In this document: piece after piece, positions 49,101 to 58,940 of the stretch
Layout: each line of letters starts with the position of its first letter
Numbering within the stretch: the stretch's first letter is position 1
From: Cyanophyceae cyanobacterium
GTDB lineage: Bacteria; Cyanobacteriota; Cyanobacteriia; Cyanobacteriales; JBHJGN01
Assembly (NCBI GenBank): GCA_050331735.1
Contig: JBHJGN010000016.1
Coordinates: 32,001 to 96,000 of the forward strand
Reading direction: 5' to 3'
DNA length: 64,000 bases
Translations under genes and position numbers: made by a program
The notes under the pieces: generated by a model
Told to the model about the DNA's origin: nothing
The model's input: only the letters and a program-made list of their open reading frames with translations
The model's database searches: none

Positions 49101-49429
49101 ACCTTGGATTCACAATCGTCGCCACCTCCGGTACGCGACAGGTTCTCCAGGAAAACGGCATCGCTGACATTGAACTAGTTCTGAAGCTCCACGAAGGTCG
49201 TCCCCACGTGATCGACTGGATCAAAAACGAGCAGATTCAGCTCATCATCAATACGCCTTCCGGGGAAGAATCTCAAACCGATGGCCGGAAAATTCGCCGT
49301 ACTGCCCTCGACTACAAGCTCCCCATCGTCACCACCATTGCCGGAGCCAAAGCAACGGTAGCCGCCATCCGCTCATTGCAGTCTCAGCCGTTAGAGGTAA
49401 AAGCGTTGCAGGATTATATTATGCCGTAG
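46184..49429 (+). CDS. carB: Carbamoyl-phosphate synthase large subunit
   Basis: [52 protein letters not shown]-terminal MGS domain. Confidence 0.98.
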   Translation: MPRRDDLHKILLLGSGPIVIGQACEFDYSGTQACKALREEGYEVVLVNSNPASIMTDPEMADRTYIEPLTPDIVEKIIAKERPDALLPTMGGQTALNVAVTLAKQGVLDRYKVDLIGAKLGAIEMAEDRQLFKEAMARISIPVCPSGIASSWDEAKAIAQVIGSYPLIIRPAFTLGGSGGGIAYNQEEFEEIAQLGLDASPVSQILVEKSLLGWKEYELEVMRDLADNVVIICSIENVDPMGVHTGDSITVAPAQTLTDKEYQRLRDASQKIIREIGVETGGSNIQFAVNPVNGEIVVIEMNPRVSRSSALASKATGFPIAKFAAKLAVGYTLSEINNDITKKTPASFEPTIDYVVTKVPRFAFEKFPGTKAILTTQMKSVGEAMAIGRTFQESFQKALRSLETGRYGFGCDRAQTLPSLGQIRSQLRTPNPERIFTIHQALRLGMSVEEIHELTAIDLWFLDKLAELLETEKFLKRTSLKQITGEQMRSIKQQGFSDHQIAFATKTGEDEVRSTRKQLGVVPVYKVVDTCAAEFEAFTPYYYSTYEPEESEVTPSDKRKVMILGGGPNRIGQGIEFDYCCCHAAFALSDAGFETIMVNSNPETVSTDYDTSDRLYFEPLTREDVLNIIEVENPEGIIIQFGGQTPLKLAVPLENYLNAPEGQVHTKIWGTAPDSIDAAEDRERFEKILRELDIKQPPNGIARSYEEALAISGRIGYPIVVRPSYVLGGRAMEIVYSDEELQRYITYAVEVEPEHPILIDKFLENAIEVDVDALADQTGQVVIGGIMEHIEQAGVHSGDSACSIPYTSLSASIDTIRRWTEQLARALKVVGLMNIQYAVQGEQVYILEANPRASRTVPYVSKATGVPLAKLASQIMSGKTLKSLGVTHEPVLEHIAVKEAVLPFSKFPGSDTLLGPEMRSTGEVMGIDTEFGRAFAKAEIAAGVDLALEGTVFVSMSDRDKAAAVPVVKDLIDLGFTIVATSGTRQVLQENGIADIELVLKLHEGRPHVIDWIKNEQIQLIINTPSGEESQTDGRKIRRTALDYKLPIVTTIAGAKATVAAIRSLQSQPLEVKALQDYIMP

Positions 49430-49634
49430 GCGCGGGAAAAGGGGAAAGGAAAACGAATCCAGTTGTTGGAAAAGTTGAATTGGCTTGACTATCCCAGAGG
49501 AAACGTCGCGATCGCCGCTGACTGCTAACAGCAGCCGCTCTCGCGGAGAGAGCACCCGAAGGGCCGGTCAATGTTGATCTGGTGTTCTCTTCCGTCCTGG
49601 AAAGATTTCCCTTTTCCCTACGCCTACGGCGCTA
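49423..49634. repeat. Intergenic region bracketed by about 25-bp imperfect inverted repeats with an internal multi-hairpin
   Basis: GCCGTAGGCGCGGGAAAAGGGGAAA (49423) versus TTTCCCTTTTCCCTACGCCTACGGC (ending 49630). Confidence 0.6.
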
Positions 49635-49898
49635 CTCCTCAATAATTCTATGATGAGCTGAGTGATGGTCTTGATGGCGCTCGAGGGAGTCTGGAGCATT
49701 GGCGTTGATAGCGGCTTCAATCACGGATAGGCGCTGCTCGATCTCTGTTAGTCTTTCTTGATAGGAAGAGAGTCCGAGGTAACTCTTCAACGCTTCGATG
49801 ACTATCTCTGACTTTGACTGCCCGGTTTCGTGTACGCGAGCGGTCATCGCCTCGTTCAGTTCGGTCGGGATTCTGACGCCGATAAATGGGTTTGGCAT
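49632..49898 (-). CDS. Ribbon-helix-helix (CopG-like) DNA-binding protein with coiled coil
   Basis: FIGVRIPTELNEAM..GQSKSEIVIEALKSYLG followed by ERLTEIEQRLSVIE. Confidence 0.7.
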   Translation of the reverse strand: MPNPFIGVRIPTELNEAMTARVHETGQSKSEIVIEALKSYLGLSSYQERLTEIEQRLSVIEAAINANAPDSLERHQDHHSAHHRIIEE

Positions 49899-50196
49899 AT
49901 CATCAGTCCCACTACTGCCTAACATTTACTCTTTGAAGATCGTATCAGCCATTGACGATCGGCAGAATGCTTCTAAATATGAATTTAAATTAAATTCATT
50001 TACATAAAAGCAAGAACTCAAAAATCTGTATACGAAACTTAATATAATTCTGGATAGCCGCTTTTCTGGGAACGAAAGACTGTTGAGTGCTCAGACGAGT
50101 GGGTATCCGCAGGGTTCAATGAATATTTTTGTTATCATATTGATAATAATTCCACATTTTCTAGCTGAGGATCAAAACTAATCTAAGGAACAAGAC

Positions 50197-50922
50197 GTGG
50201 AACACCTGGAAAAAATCCTGGTGGTGGACGATGAGTCTGCCGTCTGTCGAATTTTAAAAACTCGCCTGTCTATGGTTGGCTATGAGGTTGTTACGGCTGG
50301 TGACGGTCAACAGGCACTGCAAGCTTTTTCTGAAGAAAACCCCGATTTAATTGTGTTAGACGTAATGATGCCTCACGGAGACGGTTATTACGTCTGTCAG
50401 GAGATTAGAAAACACTCTGACGTTCCCATTATTATGCTAACTGCCCTGGCCGATGTTGCCGATCGCATTACGGGGCTTCAGTTTGGAGCGGATGATTATC
50501 TGATTAAGCCGTTTTCTCCCAAAGAGCTGGAGGCTCGCATCAATTCGATCCTGCGTCGGGTGCGCAAGCGTCCGGCTGAGCTGTACGAATCTGGAGTCGT
50601 TCAGGTTGGTAACTTGCAGCTCGACAACAATCGGCGACGAGCTACCCTCGGCGATCGCCAACTACAGTTAACCGACCTAGAGTTTAATCTCCTTCAGCTT
50701 CTGGTCAGTCATTCCGGAGCCGCCATTAGCCGCGCCGATATCTTAACCGCGATTTGGGGCTACGTGCCCAAGCGACATCGAGATCTGAGGATTGTAGACG
50801 TTTATATTTCTAGGCTACGGGCCAAAATTGAAGCCGACCCCAAGCAGCCAGAGTTTATTATTACCGAGCGCGGCACTGGCTACTTATTTCGACGGATAGC
50901 CGAAGCACCGGAGTTGGTCTAG
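50197..50922 (+). CDS. OmpR-family response regulator, diverged RpaB/Ycf27-like paralog
   Basis: KILVVDDE, TRLSMVGYEVVTAGDG, VLDVMMP, DVADRITGL, KPFSPKELEARI, VDVYISRLRAKIE, RGTGYLF. Confidence 0.85.
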   Translation: MEHLEKILVVDDESAVCRILKTRLSMVGYEVVTAGDGQQALQAFSEENPDLIVLDVMMPHGDGYYVCQEIRKHSDVPIIMLTALADVADRITGLQFGADDYLIKPFSPKELEARINSILRRVRKRPAELYESGVVQVGNLQLDNNRRRATLGDRQLQLTDLEFNLLQLLVSHSGAAISRADILTAIWGYVPKRHRDLRIVDVYISRLRAKIEADPKQPEFIITERGTGYLFRRIAEAPELV

Positions 50923-50930
50923 GTTGATGG

Positions 50931-51983
50931 TTAATGGTGGACTGGCTCAGTCTCGTACAGTGTCATGACTTCTGTAATGGGGAGTCGAGATTGAACGCCC
51001 AGCGAGAGTGAGGAAGTATGACCGCGATTGAGATGGTCAGCCGCCGCACAGCCAATCATAGCGGCGTTGTCTGTACACAGAGAAAGAGGCGGGAAATGAA
51101 CGCTGAGATGATGAGCAGCAGCAGCGGACTGGAGATGGTGTCTTAAACCGCTGTTGGCGGCTACGCCACCGCCGACGGCAATTGCCTTTACACCATAGTC
51201 GAGGGCGCAGGCAATGGTTTTGTTGGTGAGCGATCGCGCGACCGTCTCCTGAAAACTAGCAGCGAGATCGCTCACCGGTACGTTGTTCTCTGGGAGAGCC
51301 TGCACCAGCCGCAGCACCGCTGTTTTTAAGCCACTAAAGCTAGAATCGTAGGGATGATAGCCACCGCCGGGAAGAGAAATTTTGCCTTCTGGCAGGGCAA
51401 AGGCTTGAGGGTTGCCCGACTGAGCGAGGCGATCGATCGCGGGTCCGCCAGGATATCCCAAATCCAGCAGCCGCGCTACTTTGTCAAATGCTTCCCCGGC
51501 AGCATCATCGCGAGTTGCTCCAAGCTGACTATACACCCCACAGTCCTTGACGTAAATTAGGCTAGTATGTCCGCCGGAGACTAACAAACACAAGAAAGGC
51601 GGCTCTAGCTGGGGCTGACTAAGATAGGAGGCATAGATGTGTCCTTCTAGGTGGTGAATGCCGACAAAGGGTTTGTCGTGAACAATCGCTAAGGTTTTAG
51701 CGGCACTCGCTCCCGCCATTAAGGCTCCTACCAAACCAGGAGCGACCGTGGCCGCAATGCCGTCGATTTCTGACCAGTCACAATTAGCTTCTACAAGGGC
51801 TTGAGCAAGGCAGTGATTAATGGTTTCTACATGCTGGCGCGAGGCGATCTCAGGAACTACCCCTCCGTACTGGCGGTGAACGTTAATCTGCGAGGCCACA
51901 ATACTGCACCGAACTGCCCTGTCTTGAACAATGGCGACGGCTGTTTCATCGCAACTGGTTTCTATGGCTAGGATGGTTGCCAT
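50931..51983 (-). CDS. tsaD: tRNA N6-adenosine threonylcarbamoyltransferase
   Basis: [52 protein letters not shown]. Confidence 0.97.
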   Translation of the reverse strand: MATILAIETSCDETAVAIVQDRAVRCSIVASQINVHRQYGGVVPEIASRQHVETINHCLAQALVEANCDWSEIDGIAATVAPGLVGALMAGASAAKTLAIVHDKPFVGIHHLEGHIYASYLSQPQLEPPFLCLLVSGGHTSLIYVKDCGVYSQLGATRDDAAGEAFDKVARLLDLGYPGGPAIDRLAQSGNPQAFALPEGKISLPGGGYHPYDSSFSGLKTAVLRLVQALPENNVPVSDLAASFQETVARSLTNKTIACALDYGVKAIAVGGGVAANSGLRHHLQSAAAAHHLSVHFPPLSLCTDNAAMIGCAAADHLNRGHTSSLSLGVQSRLPITEVMTLYETEPVHH

Positions 51984-52132
51984 TTTATTTTCTAGTTTGC
52001 TACAAAATACAACTTTATAGTTACTTAATCTTTACTGAGATCCCGCCTCAGAGTAAGATTGCTTCGTGTACAGATGAAGATTTCGTTTTTGTACAAAAAA
52101 CTTTTTCTTTTGTAATAAAAGGAAACAAATTT

Positions 52133-52645
52133 ATGCGACGATTGTTGGCTTTAGTAACAGTATTCATGCTGTGGTTTGGTTTAGTCTCTAGTGCTTATGC
52201 CGAACCAGTTAATGATGTTGGTTTGCAGCGGCTCGTTCCCTGTAGCGAATCTCCAGCTTACCAGGAACGGGCAAAGAACTTCCGCAACACCATTGGCGAT
52301 CCCCAGTCTGGTCAGAAAAGAGCAGAGCGATACGCCAAGCAGCTTTGCGGTCCAGAGGGTTTGCCCTATCTGGTTGTCGATGGCCGTCCCGGTAGTGCCG
52401 GAGACTTCATCGTTCCTAGTTTAATCTTTCTCTACATCGCTGGCTGGATCGGTTGGGTTGGCCGGTCTTACATTATCGATGTCCGAGATGATAAGAACCC
52501 CGAAATGAAAGAAATTCAGATCGATGTTCCGTTAGCGTTGACGAAGATGTTTAGTGGCTTCCTCTGGCCCGTAGCCGCCGTTCAGGAACTTTTGTCTGGA
52601 GAATTAACGGCCAAAGAAACCGAAATTCCGGTTTCCCCCCGCTAG
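52133..52645 (+). CDS. psaF: Photosystem I subunit III
   Basis: Signal peptide MRRLLAL.., [34 protein letters not shown]-terminal IPVSPR; ATG 52133. Confidence 0.96.
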   Translation: MRRLLALVTVFMLWFGLVSSAYAEPVNDVGLQRLVPCSESPAYQERAKNFRNTIGDPQSGQKRAERYAKQLCGPEGLPYLVVDGRPGSAGDFIVPSLIFLYIAGWIGWVGRSYIIDVRDDKNPEMKEIQIDVPLALTKMFSGFLWPVAAVQELLSGELTAKETEIPVSPR

Positions 52646-52689
52646 GCTTAGCTCTAGCTCAGCATTGCAAATATATTGGAGAATAATTG

Positions 52690-52818
52690 ATGGAGAATTT
52701 TACCAAGTTTCTTTCTAACGCCCCGGTGCTGCTGTTTGCCTTCCTCTCTGTGCAGGCAGTGTTGTTAATTTTTATTAACTGGTTCTTGCCCGATCGCCTA
52801 TTTTTTACCCTGAACTAA
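52690..52818 (+). CDS. psaJ: Photosystem I subunit IX (42 aa, below the ORF-track cutoff)
   Basis: MENFTKFLSNAPVLLFAFLSVQAVLLIFINWFLPDRLFFTLN; GGAG RBS; directly after psaF. Confidence 0.9.
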   Translation: MENFTKFLSNAPVLLFAFLSVQAVLLIFINWFLPDRLFFTLN

Positions 52819-52852
52819 CTTGCTGATTTCCCAGTCTGGGACTGATCGGCTC

Positions 52853-52887
52853 AAAAAAGCTCGCGTTTTGGCGCGGGTTTTTTATTT
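52853..52887 (+). terminator. Intrinsic terminator of psaFJ
   Basis: AAAAAAGCTCGCG-TTTTGG-CGCGGGTTTTTT. Confidence 0.7.
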
Positions 52888-52943
52888 CCGAAAATTTCAC
52901 AATGGCTGAATATACTCTACCTTTACGAAACAGTTTTTCAAAA

Positions 52944-53129
52944 ATGAGCTATCAAAAAGGCGATCGCGTCAGAATTACGACGGGTATTTTGAGAGGTCAG
53001 GTCGGAGAAATCGCTGATTGCCGGTTCAATCTTTACTTTGTCAGAGCAGAATACACCAGAGAAGCTGATCTGATTCACTCCTACGGTCCGTTCCTCAATG
53101 AGGATATTGAACTTTTACAGAAAGCTTAG
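52944..53129 (+). CDS. Small KOW/SH3-like protein
   Basis: YQKGDRVRITTGILRGQVGEI fits the KOW motif. Confidence 0.55.
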   Translation: MSYQKGDRVRITTGILRGQVGEIADCRFNLYFVRAEYTREADLIHSYGPFLNEDIELLQKA

Positions 53130-53249
53130 ATTTGTTGACCAAGTTAAGCTTTTAATGGCAATCAGCTTGGCTCGTGCTGGAAACACTAATTTTCTGAGCG
53201 AATACCGCCAATTGGGGCATTGCTCCTCTAAAATGACAGGGAGGATTCG

Positions 53250-54182
53250 TTGCGACCGGGCGTACAGCGATTTCAAGCTGTGGAATTTTTGGCGATCGAT
53301 CAATACGTTGGCGAACTGGCGGCGTTGAGTGCCGCCTTTCTGTGGGCCGCTTCTTCAGCGGTTTATGGGCTTCTTGGTCAAAGAATTGGCCCTCTCCAGC
53401 TCAATTTGTATAAAGGGCTGGTGGCGCTAGTGCTAATCGCAATTACCTTAGCGCTAAGAGCGGAATTACCCCAACTAGAGGCAGTACCCGCCGGAATCTT
53501 GCTGTTGAGCGGTGCAGCCGGGATTGGCTTCGGAGATACGGCCTATTTCGCGGCACTCAACCGCCTCGGACCTCGGAAAACCTTGCTAATGGAGACTTTG
53601 GCTCCTCCATTCACGGCTGTACTCGCTTTAGTCTTCTTGGGAGAACAACTCAGCGCGATCGCCTGGTGCGGCATTCTTGTCACCGTTCTAGGTGTTGCCT
53701 GGGTGATTGCTGAACGTACGCCGTCTACCACCGCTGACAGTAACGTTCGCGGAATCATCTGGGGCGTTTTCTCGGAGATAGCTCAAGCCGTTGGCGCGGT
53801 GCTCTCTCGGTTTGCCCTCGTGGAGTCGGCCATTACTCCCTTGGGGAGTACGCTGCTGCGGTTGACCGCCGGGACAGTGGTGGTGCTACTGCTTCTGTGG
53901 GTGCGTCCTCGCCGCGATCGCCCCACTGCCGTCGCTTGGTCGGTGCGTCTCGTCAGCATCATTGCGATCGCCTCCTTTGGCAGTACCTATCTGGGCATTT
54001 GGCTTCAGCAAGCCTCTCTCAAGTTCGCCCCAGCCGGGATTGCCCAAACTCTGCTCGCTACCAGTCCTCTGTTTGTGCTGCCGATTGCAGCAGCGATGGG
54101 AGATAAAATTAGTCCAAGAGCGTTGTTAGGGGTTATCGTGGCGATCGCTGGGATTGCTCTTTTGTTTAACTCTAGTCAATGA
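53250..54182 (+). CDS. EamA/DMT-family transporter (true start probably GTG 53280)
   Basis: GELAALSAAFLWA, GIGFGDTAYF, two EamA repeats, about 10 TM helices. Confidence 0.88.
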   Translation: MRPGVQRFQAVEFLAIDQYVGELAALSAAFLWAASSAVYGLLGQRIGPLQLNLYKGLVALVLIAITLALRAELPQLEAVPAGILLLSGAAGIGFGDTAYFAALNRLGPRKTLLMETLAPPFTAVLALVFLGEQLSAIAWCGILVTVLGVAWVIAERTPSTTADSNVRGIIWGVFSEIAQAVGAVLSRFALVESAITPLGSTLLRLTAGTVVVLLLLWVRPRRDRPTAVAWSVRLVSIIAIASFGSTYLGIWLQQASLKFAPAGIAQTLLATSPLFVLPIAAAMGDKISPRALLGVIVAIAGIALLFNSSQ

Positions 54183-54331
54183 GTCCGAGACGGGGAAGGG
54201 GAAAATTGTCCCCGGCGGGACGGGGAAAGGGGAAGGGGGAAAGGGAAATTAGCTGATATTTCCACGAGACTCCCCTAAAGAAAGATGAAGGGATGGAGTG
54301 GTCAGCTACACGATCTCACTATATTACTCTT

Positions 54332-55129
54332 ATGACACCTTCTCAGTATCTATCAATGAACAGCCGAGATACAGTGCGGCAGATTCTTACTCTGGCTGCT
54401 ATTCTGGCCGCTATTATTGTCAACACCGTCACTAATTTGGCTCCGCCTAGCGGACAGAACGTTGGGGAAATTGCCAATACCATTCTGCAACCCGTTTTGA
54501 TCATTCCAGCGAACTATGCCTTTGCGATTTGGGGAGTGATCTACTTAGGCTTAATTTGCTTGGCAGTTTATCAAGCACTCCCTGCTCAAAAGCGTAAACC
54601 CAATCTGCGCAAGCTGGACCATCTATTGGTCATTGCTAGCCTAGCCCAGATTGTTTGGATCTTCCTCTTTTCCTATCAATTATTTGCCCTGTCGATTGTG
54701 GCAATGCTGTTGATTCTCATTCCTCTGATTGTGCTCTATCTACGCCTCGGCATTGGTGTCGAACGAGTTCATCGCCAGGAGAAGTGGTTTGTAAATATTC
54801 CGGTGAGTATTTATCTAGCCTGGATCAGCGTCGCCACGATTGTTAATGTGGCGAGTGCTCTTTACATCAGCAACTGGAACGGATGGGGATTAAGCGATGA
54901 GGTTTGGACCGTGGTGATGCTGGTGGTGGCGGCGCTGATTGGAGCAACGGTGGCCGTTCAGCGGCGTGACCTGGCGTTTGTGCTCGTTTTTGCCTGGGCT
55001 TTCGTCGCGATCGCTGTGGCCAATCTCAGTATCGTCACCATTGCCGCCACGGGAATCGGACTAGCCGTTGTCCTGATTCTCCTCGGGTTATTTCGGCAAG
55101 GTCGCCGTCGGTCAATGCAGCCTCAGTAA
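54332..55129 (+). CDS. Tryptophan-rich sensory (TspO/MBR-like) membrane protein
   Basis: IIPANYAFAIWGVIY, SIYLAWISVATIVN; multiple TM helices; start uncertain (54293, 54332 or 54356). Confidence 0.75.
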   Translation: MTPSQYLSMNSRDTVRQILTLAAILAAIIVNTVTNLAPPSGQNVGEIANTILQPVLIIPANYAFAIWGVIYLGLICLAVYQALPAQKRKPNLRKLDHLLVIASLAQIVWIFLFSYQLFALSIVAMLLILIPLIVLYLRLGIGVERVHRQEKWFVNIPVSIYLAWISVATIVNVASALYISNWNGWGLSDEVWTVVMLVVAALIGATVAVQRRDLAFVLVFAWAFVAIAVANLSIVTIAATGIGLAVVLILLGLFRQGRRRSMQPQ

Positions 55130-55134
55130 CCACC

Positions 55135-55725
55135 ATGCAGGACAAGGAACAGTTTTTCGACCGCTGGGCTCCTCACTACGATGCATTGCTGACGACGGTC
55201 GTGTACCAGGCAATCCACAAGCGGCTGCTCGCAGAGGTGGAACTCCCCCAACAGCCCTGTGTGCTCGATCTCGGCTGCGGCACAGGTCGCCTGTTAAAGC
55301 GTCTGGTTGCTCAGTTTCCCACTCTCCGGGGAACCGGACTTGATCTCTCCGCCGCCATGCTGCGGCAAGCGCGACGCGATCGCCATCCTCATCTCATTTT
55401 TATTCAAGGTAATGCTGAATCACTGCCGTTTGCAGAGGGTCAGTTCGATGCCGTCTTTAACACCATGAGCTTTCTGCACTATCCTCATCCTGAGCAGGTG
55501 TTGGCAGAGGTAAGCCGCGTACTGCGTCCGGGAGGATGCTTCTATTTAGCAGATGCCACCTTTAAAATTCCGATAGCCTATATTCCCTTTTCTCCTGGCG
55601 GATTGCGCCTGCATACTCCTCAGCAGCGCGAGCAATTGGGGAAAACAGTCGGTTTAGAATTGGTGAAACATGCTGATCTTCTTGGACCCGTTATGCTGAC
55701 TATTTTTACTCGCAGTCGTGAATAA
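55135..55725 (+). CDS. Class I SAM-dependent methyltransferase
   Basis: FDRWAPHYD, VLDLGCGTG, GNAESLPF, RVLRPGG. Confidence 0.9.
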   Translation: MQDKEQFFDRWAPHYDALLTTVVYQAIHKRLLAEVELPQQPCVLDLGCGTGRLLKRLVAQFPTLRGTGLDLSAAMLRQARRDRHPHLIFIQGNAESLPFAEGQFDAVFNTMSFLHYPHPEQVLAEVSRVLRPGGCFYLADATFKIPIAYIPFSPGGLRLHTPQQREQLGKTVGLELVKHADLLGPVMLTIFTRSRE

Positions 55726-55728
55726 TAC

Positions 55729-56346
55729 ATGGATACTCAAGAATGCCTGCTCATTTTTACTCGCTACCCAGAACCCGGAAAAACCAAAACCCGACTGATT
55801 CCAGCACTCGGGGAAGCAGGCGCAGCCAATCTACAGCAGCAAATGACTCAGCATACTCTGAAGCAGGCCAAGGAACTGCGATCGCAGCGTCCTTTATCCA
55901 TCCAGGTATATTACGCTGGCGGGAGTTCAACGGTAATGCAGGCATGGTTAGGCCCTGACTTGACCTATTGCCAGCAGGGAGTAGGAGATTTAGGACAGCG
56001 GATGAAACAGGCGTTTCAGTCTGCCTTGGCTGCGGGGATGGAGCGAGTGGTGGCCATTGGCACTGATTGCCCCGACATCGATGCAGCAATACTTGCTAAA
56101 GCCTTGACCGCGCTCAAGCAGCATGACTTAGTGCTAGGTCCGGCAGAGGACGGAGGCTATTACCTCATCGGGCTAAAACGCTTAGTGCCAGAACTGTTTA
56201 CCGGAATCGACTGGGGAACCGAAACGGTTCTTCGGTCAACTCAACACATTGCTCAAACACTTGGACTTACTGTATATTCCTTACGCCTACTTAATGATGT
56301 CGATCGCCCAGAGGATTTATCAATTTGGGAACCATATCAACAGTGA
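55729..56346 (+). CDS. DUF2064/TIGR04282-family CofC-like transferase
   Basis: FTRYPEPGKTKTRL, GDLGQRM, IGTDCP, LGPAEDGGYYLIG, DVDRPEDL. Confidence 0.85.
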   Translation: MDTQECLLIFTRYPEPGKTKTRLIPALGEAGAANLQQQMTQHTLKQAKELRSQRPLSIQVYYAGGSSTVMQAWLGPDLTYCQQGVGDLGQRMKQAFQSALAAGMERVVAIGTDCPDIDAAILAKALTALKQHDLVLGPAEDGGYYLIGLKRLVPELFTGIDWGTETVLRSTQHIAQTLGLTVYSLRLLNDVDRPEDLSIWEPYQQ

Positions 56347-56408
56347 CCAGTGTCCGACAAGGTTCGCAAGCGGGATAGTCAGAAAACCATCAACAATCAA
56401 CAACCCAA

Positions 56409-57104
56409 TTAAAGTAAATACGAAACCCACTCTTGTGTTGCTTCAGGAGAACCATACCACATCCCCGGAGACTTCGGCGAGTGCCACACTCCTTCAAGGG
56501 TAAGATTGGTGGCTCCTGCTAAATGGGCGGCAGCAATGGGGGTAATGCCGTCTCCCCAAGAATTTCCCTCGCCAATTGTGAGCTGATAGCTGTTGTAAGC
56601 CAGCCAGCTTTGGAAGCGTTTGCCATAAACAGCCTTGCCAGCAACACAGACGTAGCGAATGTGAGGATAGAAAGCGCCCGGGTAATTGTCCTTGACAAAA
56701 TCCAAATTCCGTTTGGTCCAGCGTTCTTGACTGACGTGCGGAGTTCCCAGAGTAACTAGCGTAGCGACATGGGCGTGAGCATTCCAGACCCCTTGGGTTT
56801 GAGCGACATCGTTATGAATGGTGTAGGGAATGTCGCCTAAATAGATCCGAGCAATCCAGCCACCAGCAGAATGTCCAATCACATTGATCGGAGACTGATA
56901 CTGTTCCCGCATCGCCTGCACCGTATCCTCGATTCGGCGCAGAATGGGTATCATGGAGCGGCCACCGACGGTAGGCAACCAGTCTCGTAATTTGAGCGGT
57001 ACGGTCGTAGTCGGAAACCCGCGGGCAGTGAGTAGCTGTTGCAGAGCACAGTATTCGTTTGAGCGAGCAAAATAACCCGGTACAATAACGGTCGGTAGTG
57101 ACAT
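56409..57104 (-). CDS. Lipase/esterase (alpha/beta hydrolase)
   Basis: GHSAGG, LVTLGTPH, GDGITP, GVWHSP. Confidence 0.85.
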   Translation of the reverse strand: MSLPTVIVPGYFARSNEYCALQQLLTARGFPTTTVPLKLRDWLPTVGGRSMIPILRRIEDTVQAMREQYQSPINVIGHSAGGWIARIYLGDIPYTIHNDVAQTQGVWNAHAHVATLVTLGTPHVSQERWTKRNLDFVKDNYPGAFYPHIRYVCVAGKAVYGKRFQSWLAYNSYQLTIGEGNSWGDGITPIAAAHLAGATNLTLEGVWHSPKSPGMWYGSPEATQEWVSYLL

Positions 57105-57118
57105 TCTAAAAGCAAGCG

Positions 57119-57826
57119 GTGGGAATAGGGACTCTCTACGGAATTAGCGTTGGGACAGGAGATCCGGAACTGATTACGGTCAAGGGATTACGCCTGTTAC
57201 AGAGCGTTCCGGCGATCGCCTTTCCGGCTGGCGTTGGTAACAAACTAGGGATTGCCCAGCAAATTATCTCATCGTGGCTTACTCCCGCTCAGCACAGCCT
57301 GCCGTTGCGCTTTCCCTACGTCCAGGACGAGCAGATTCTCGCTCAGGCATGGCAGACCGCAGCCGCTACTGTCTGGCACTACCTTCAAGAAGGCGATGTG
57401 GCTTTTGCCTGTGAGGGAGACATCAGTTTTTACAGCACCTTTACTTATTTAGCACAAACGCTACACCAACGGTACCCAGAGGTTGCAATTCAAACAGTAC
57501 CAGGAGTGTGTTCGCCAATGGCAGCAGCGGCAGCGTTAGGCATTCCGTTGACAGTCCGCAGCCAAAATCTAGCGGTGTTGCCGACTCTCTACAGCGTTGA
57601 GGCATTAGAATCGGTGCTACAGTGGGCCGATGTCGTGGTGCTGATGAAGGTCAGTTCGGTATACAGGCAAGTATGGTCACTGCTCAACCAGCATCACTTG
57701 CTGAAGCAGTGTTATGTCGTAGAACGAGCCACTCAGCCCCAGCAAGTAATTTACCGCGACTTGCGCGATCGCCCAAATCTAGAGCTGCCCTACTTTTCCT
57801 TACTGATCGTACAGGTTCGTCAATGA
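57119..57826 (+). CDS. cobI: Precorrin-2 C20-methyltransferase
   Basis: LYGISVGTGDPELITVKG, EGDISFYSTF, VPGVCS, VVLMKV, PYFSL. Confidence 0.9.
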   Translation: MGIGTLYGISVGTGDPELITVKGLRLLQSVPAIAFPAGVGNKLGIAQQIISSWLTPAQHSLPLRFPYVQDEQILAQAWQTAAATVWHYLQEGDVAFACEGDISFYSTFTYLAQTLHQRYPEVAIQTVPGVCSPMAAAAALGIPLTVRSQNLAVLPTLYSVEALESVLQWADVVVLMKVSSVYRQVWSLLNQHHLLKQCYVVERATQPQQVIYRDLRDRPNLELPYFSLLIVQVRQ

Positions 57827-57996
57827 GGAAAGTTGCCGATAATATAAAGAAATTCAAAAGTTTTAATCTTTGTTTAAGTTCTCTGCCAGATATATGTAGA
57901 AATATTTAGACTTGGAAAGGAAAGCGCCTGATGTCTTCTGGTGGCGTGATAACGTCTATACTGAGTAATCTGAATACCAAGGAGAAAGAAGTTTTG

Positions 57997-58191
57997 ATGC
58001 AATCTGCTCCCTCACCAAATTTGTTTCGTGAAGATATCAGCGAGTACGTCGCCCAGCTCCAGCTTCACATGACGCTACAGGCACGCAATCTAGTGCCAAC
58101 GCTAACCAGGGCCAACGATAGCCGAGAGCAGCTTTTGCAGGAAACTCAAGCCAATATCGAAAAACTGGTTTCTCGACAGGAAGCTGAGTAA
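57997..58191 (+). CDS. Small hypothetical protein
   Basis: AGGAG RBS; ISEYVAQLQLHMTLQARNLVP..LLQETQANIEKLVSRQ helical protein. Confidence 0.65.
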   Translation: MQSAPSPNLFREDISEYVAQLQLHMTLQARNLVPTLTRANDSREQLLQETQANIEKLVSRQEAE

Positions 58192-58291
58192 TAACCGGAA
58201 TTGAGACGGGCAGAATCAGTTCTGTCTTTGTCTAGTCGCAATTCTTAAACTCGCACTTCTCCAGCCGGTTTTTTTGAACTGAAACAGTTAG

Positions 58292-58323
58292 AGCAGTAGG
58301 TAAGCGCCCTACTGCTTTTTTTA
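58292..58323 (+). terminator. Intrinsic terminator
   Basis: AGCAGTAGG-TAAGCGC-CCTACTGCT followed by a T run. Confidence 0.7.
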
Positions 58324-58379
58324 CTCAACTCTCAGCGAGTAGTGTTATAAATATTGAGTCAACGACAAACGATACAGCC

Positions 58380-58910
58380 GTGAAGATTCTAGATTCTAAA
58401 GGGCGCTTATTCGGCAAAGTTTCAGTTTTAGATCTTGGCGCTGCCTGCGTCATTGCGTTAGCCATCGTTGGGATTGTTTTTTTTCCCGGCACTTCTGGGT
58501 CAATCGCTCAGCAGGTGAGCGGCAATCGACCAGTAGAAGTTGATGTGCTGGTCCGCGGGCTCAGTGTACGAGAACCCCAGGCCTTACTTAACCAGTTGCA
58601 AGAAGAAAAAACGGCGAGCATTGTTATTCGTAATCAACCGGCTGGTCAAATAGAAGTGGTGGCGGCTGAAGTCCTGCCGCGAACCGTGAGCGTACCTCAA
58701 CCGGATGGTTCAGTCAAAGCGCTTCCCGATCCCAGACCAGAAGTAGCTTTTGTCACTGATATGATCGTCAAAATCGTGGGAGATGGCCAGATCACCAGTA
58801 ATGGTGCTGTTCTCGGCAATCAAAAGGTCAAGATTGGCAGCGTCATCGAAATTGACGGTTCTGACTACAATTTCAGAGGAAGCGTCATGGATGTTAGTTC
58901 TGGGAGCTAA
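58380..58910 (+). CDS. DUF4330-like membrane-anchored protein
   Basis: ILDSKGRLFGKVSVLD, N-terminal TM helix, IRNQP, QPDGSVKALPDPRP. Confidence 0.8.
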   Translation: MKILDSKGRLFGKVSVLDLGAACVIALAIVGIVFFPGTSGSIAQQVSGNRPVEVDVLVRGLSVREPQALLNQLQEEKTASIVIRNQPAGQIEVVAAEVLPRTVSVPQPDGSVKALPDPRPEVAFVTDMIVKIVGDGQITSNGAVLGNQKVKIGSVIEIDGSDYNFRGSVMDVSSGS

Positions 58911-58940
58911 TGGCGTGAAGGAGCAAGGAGGCGAGGACGA

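Noticed and set aside
51995..52045. HLR1 (RpaB) site upstream of psaF
   Set aside because: TTAC-like half-sites are present but do not fit the 10-bp direct repeat spacing convincingly
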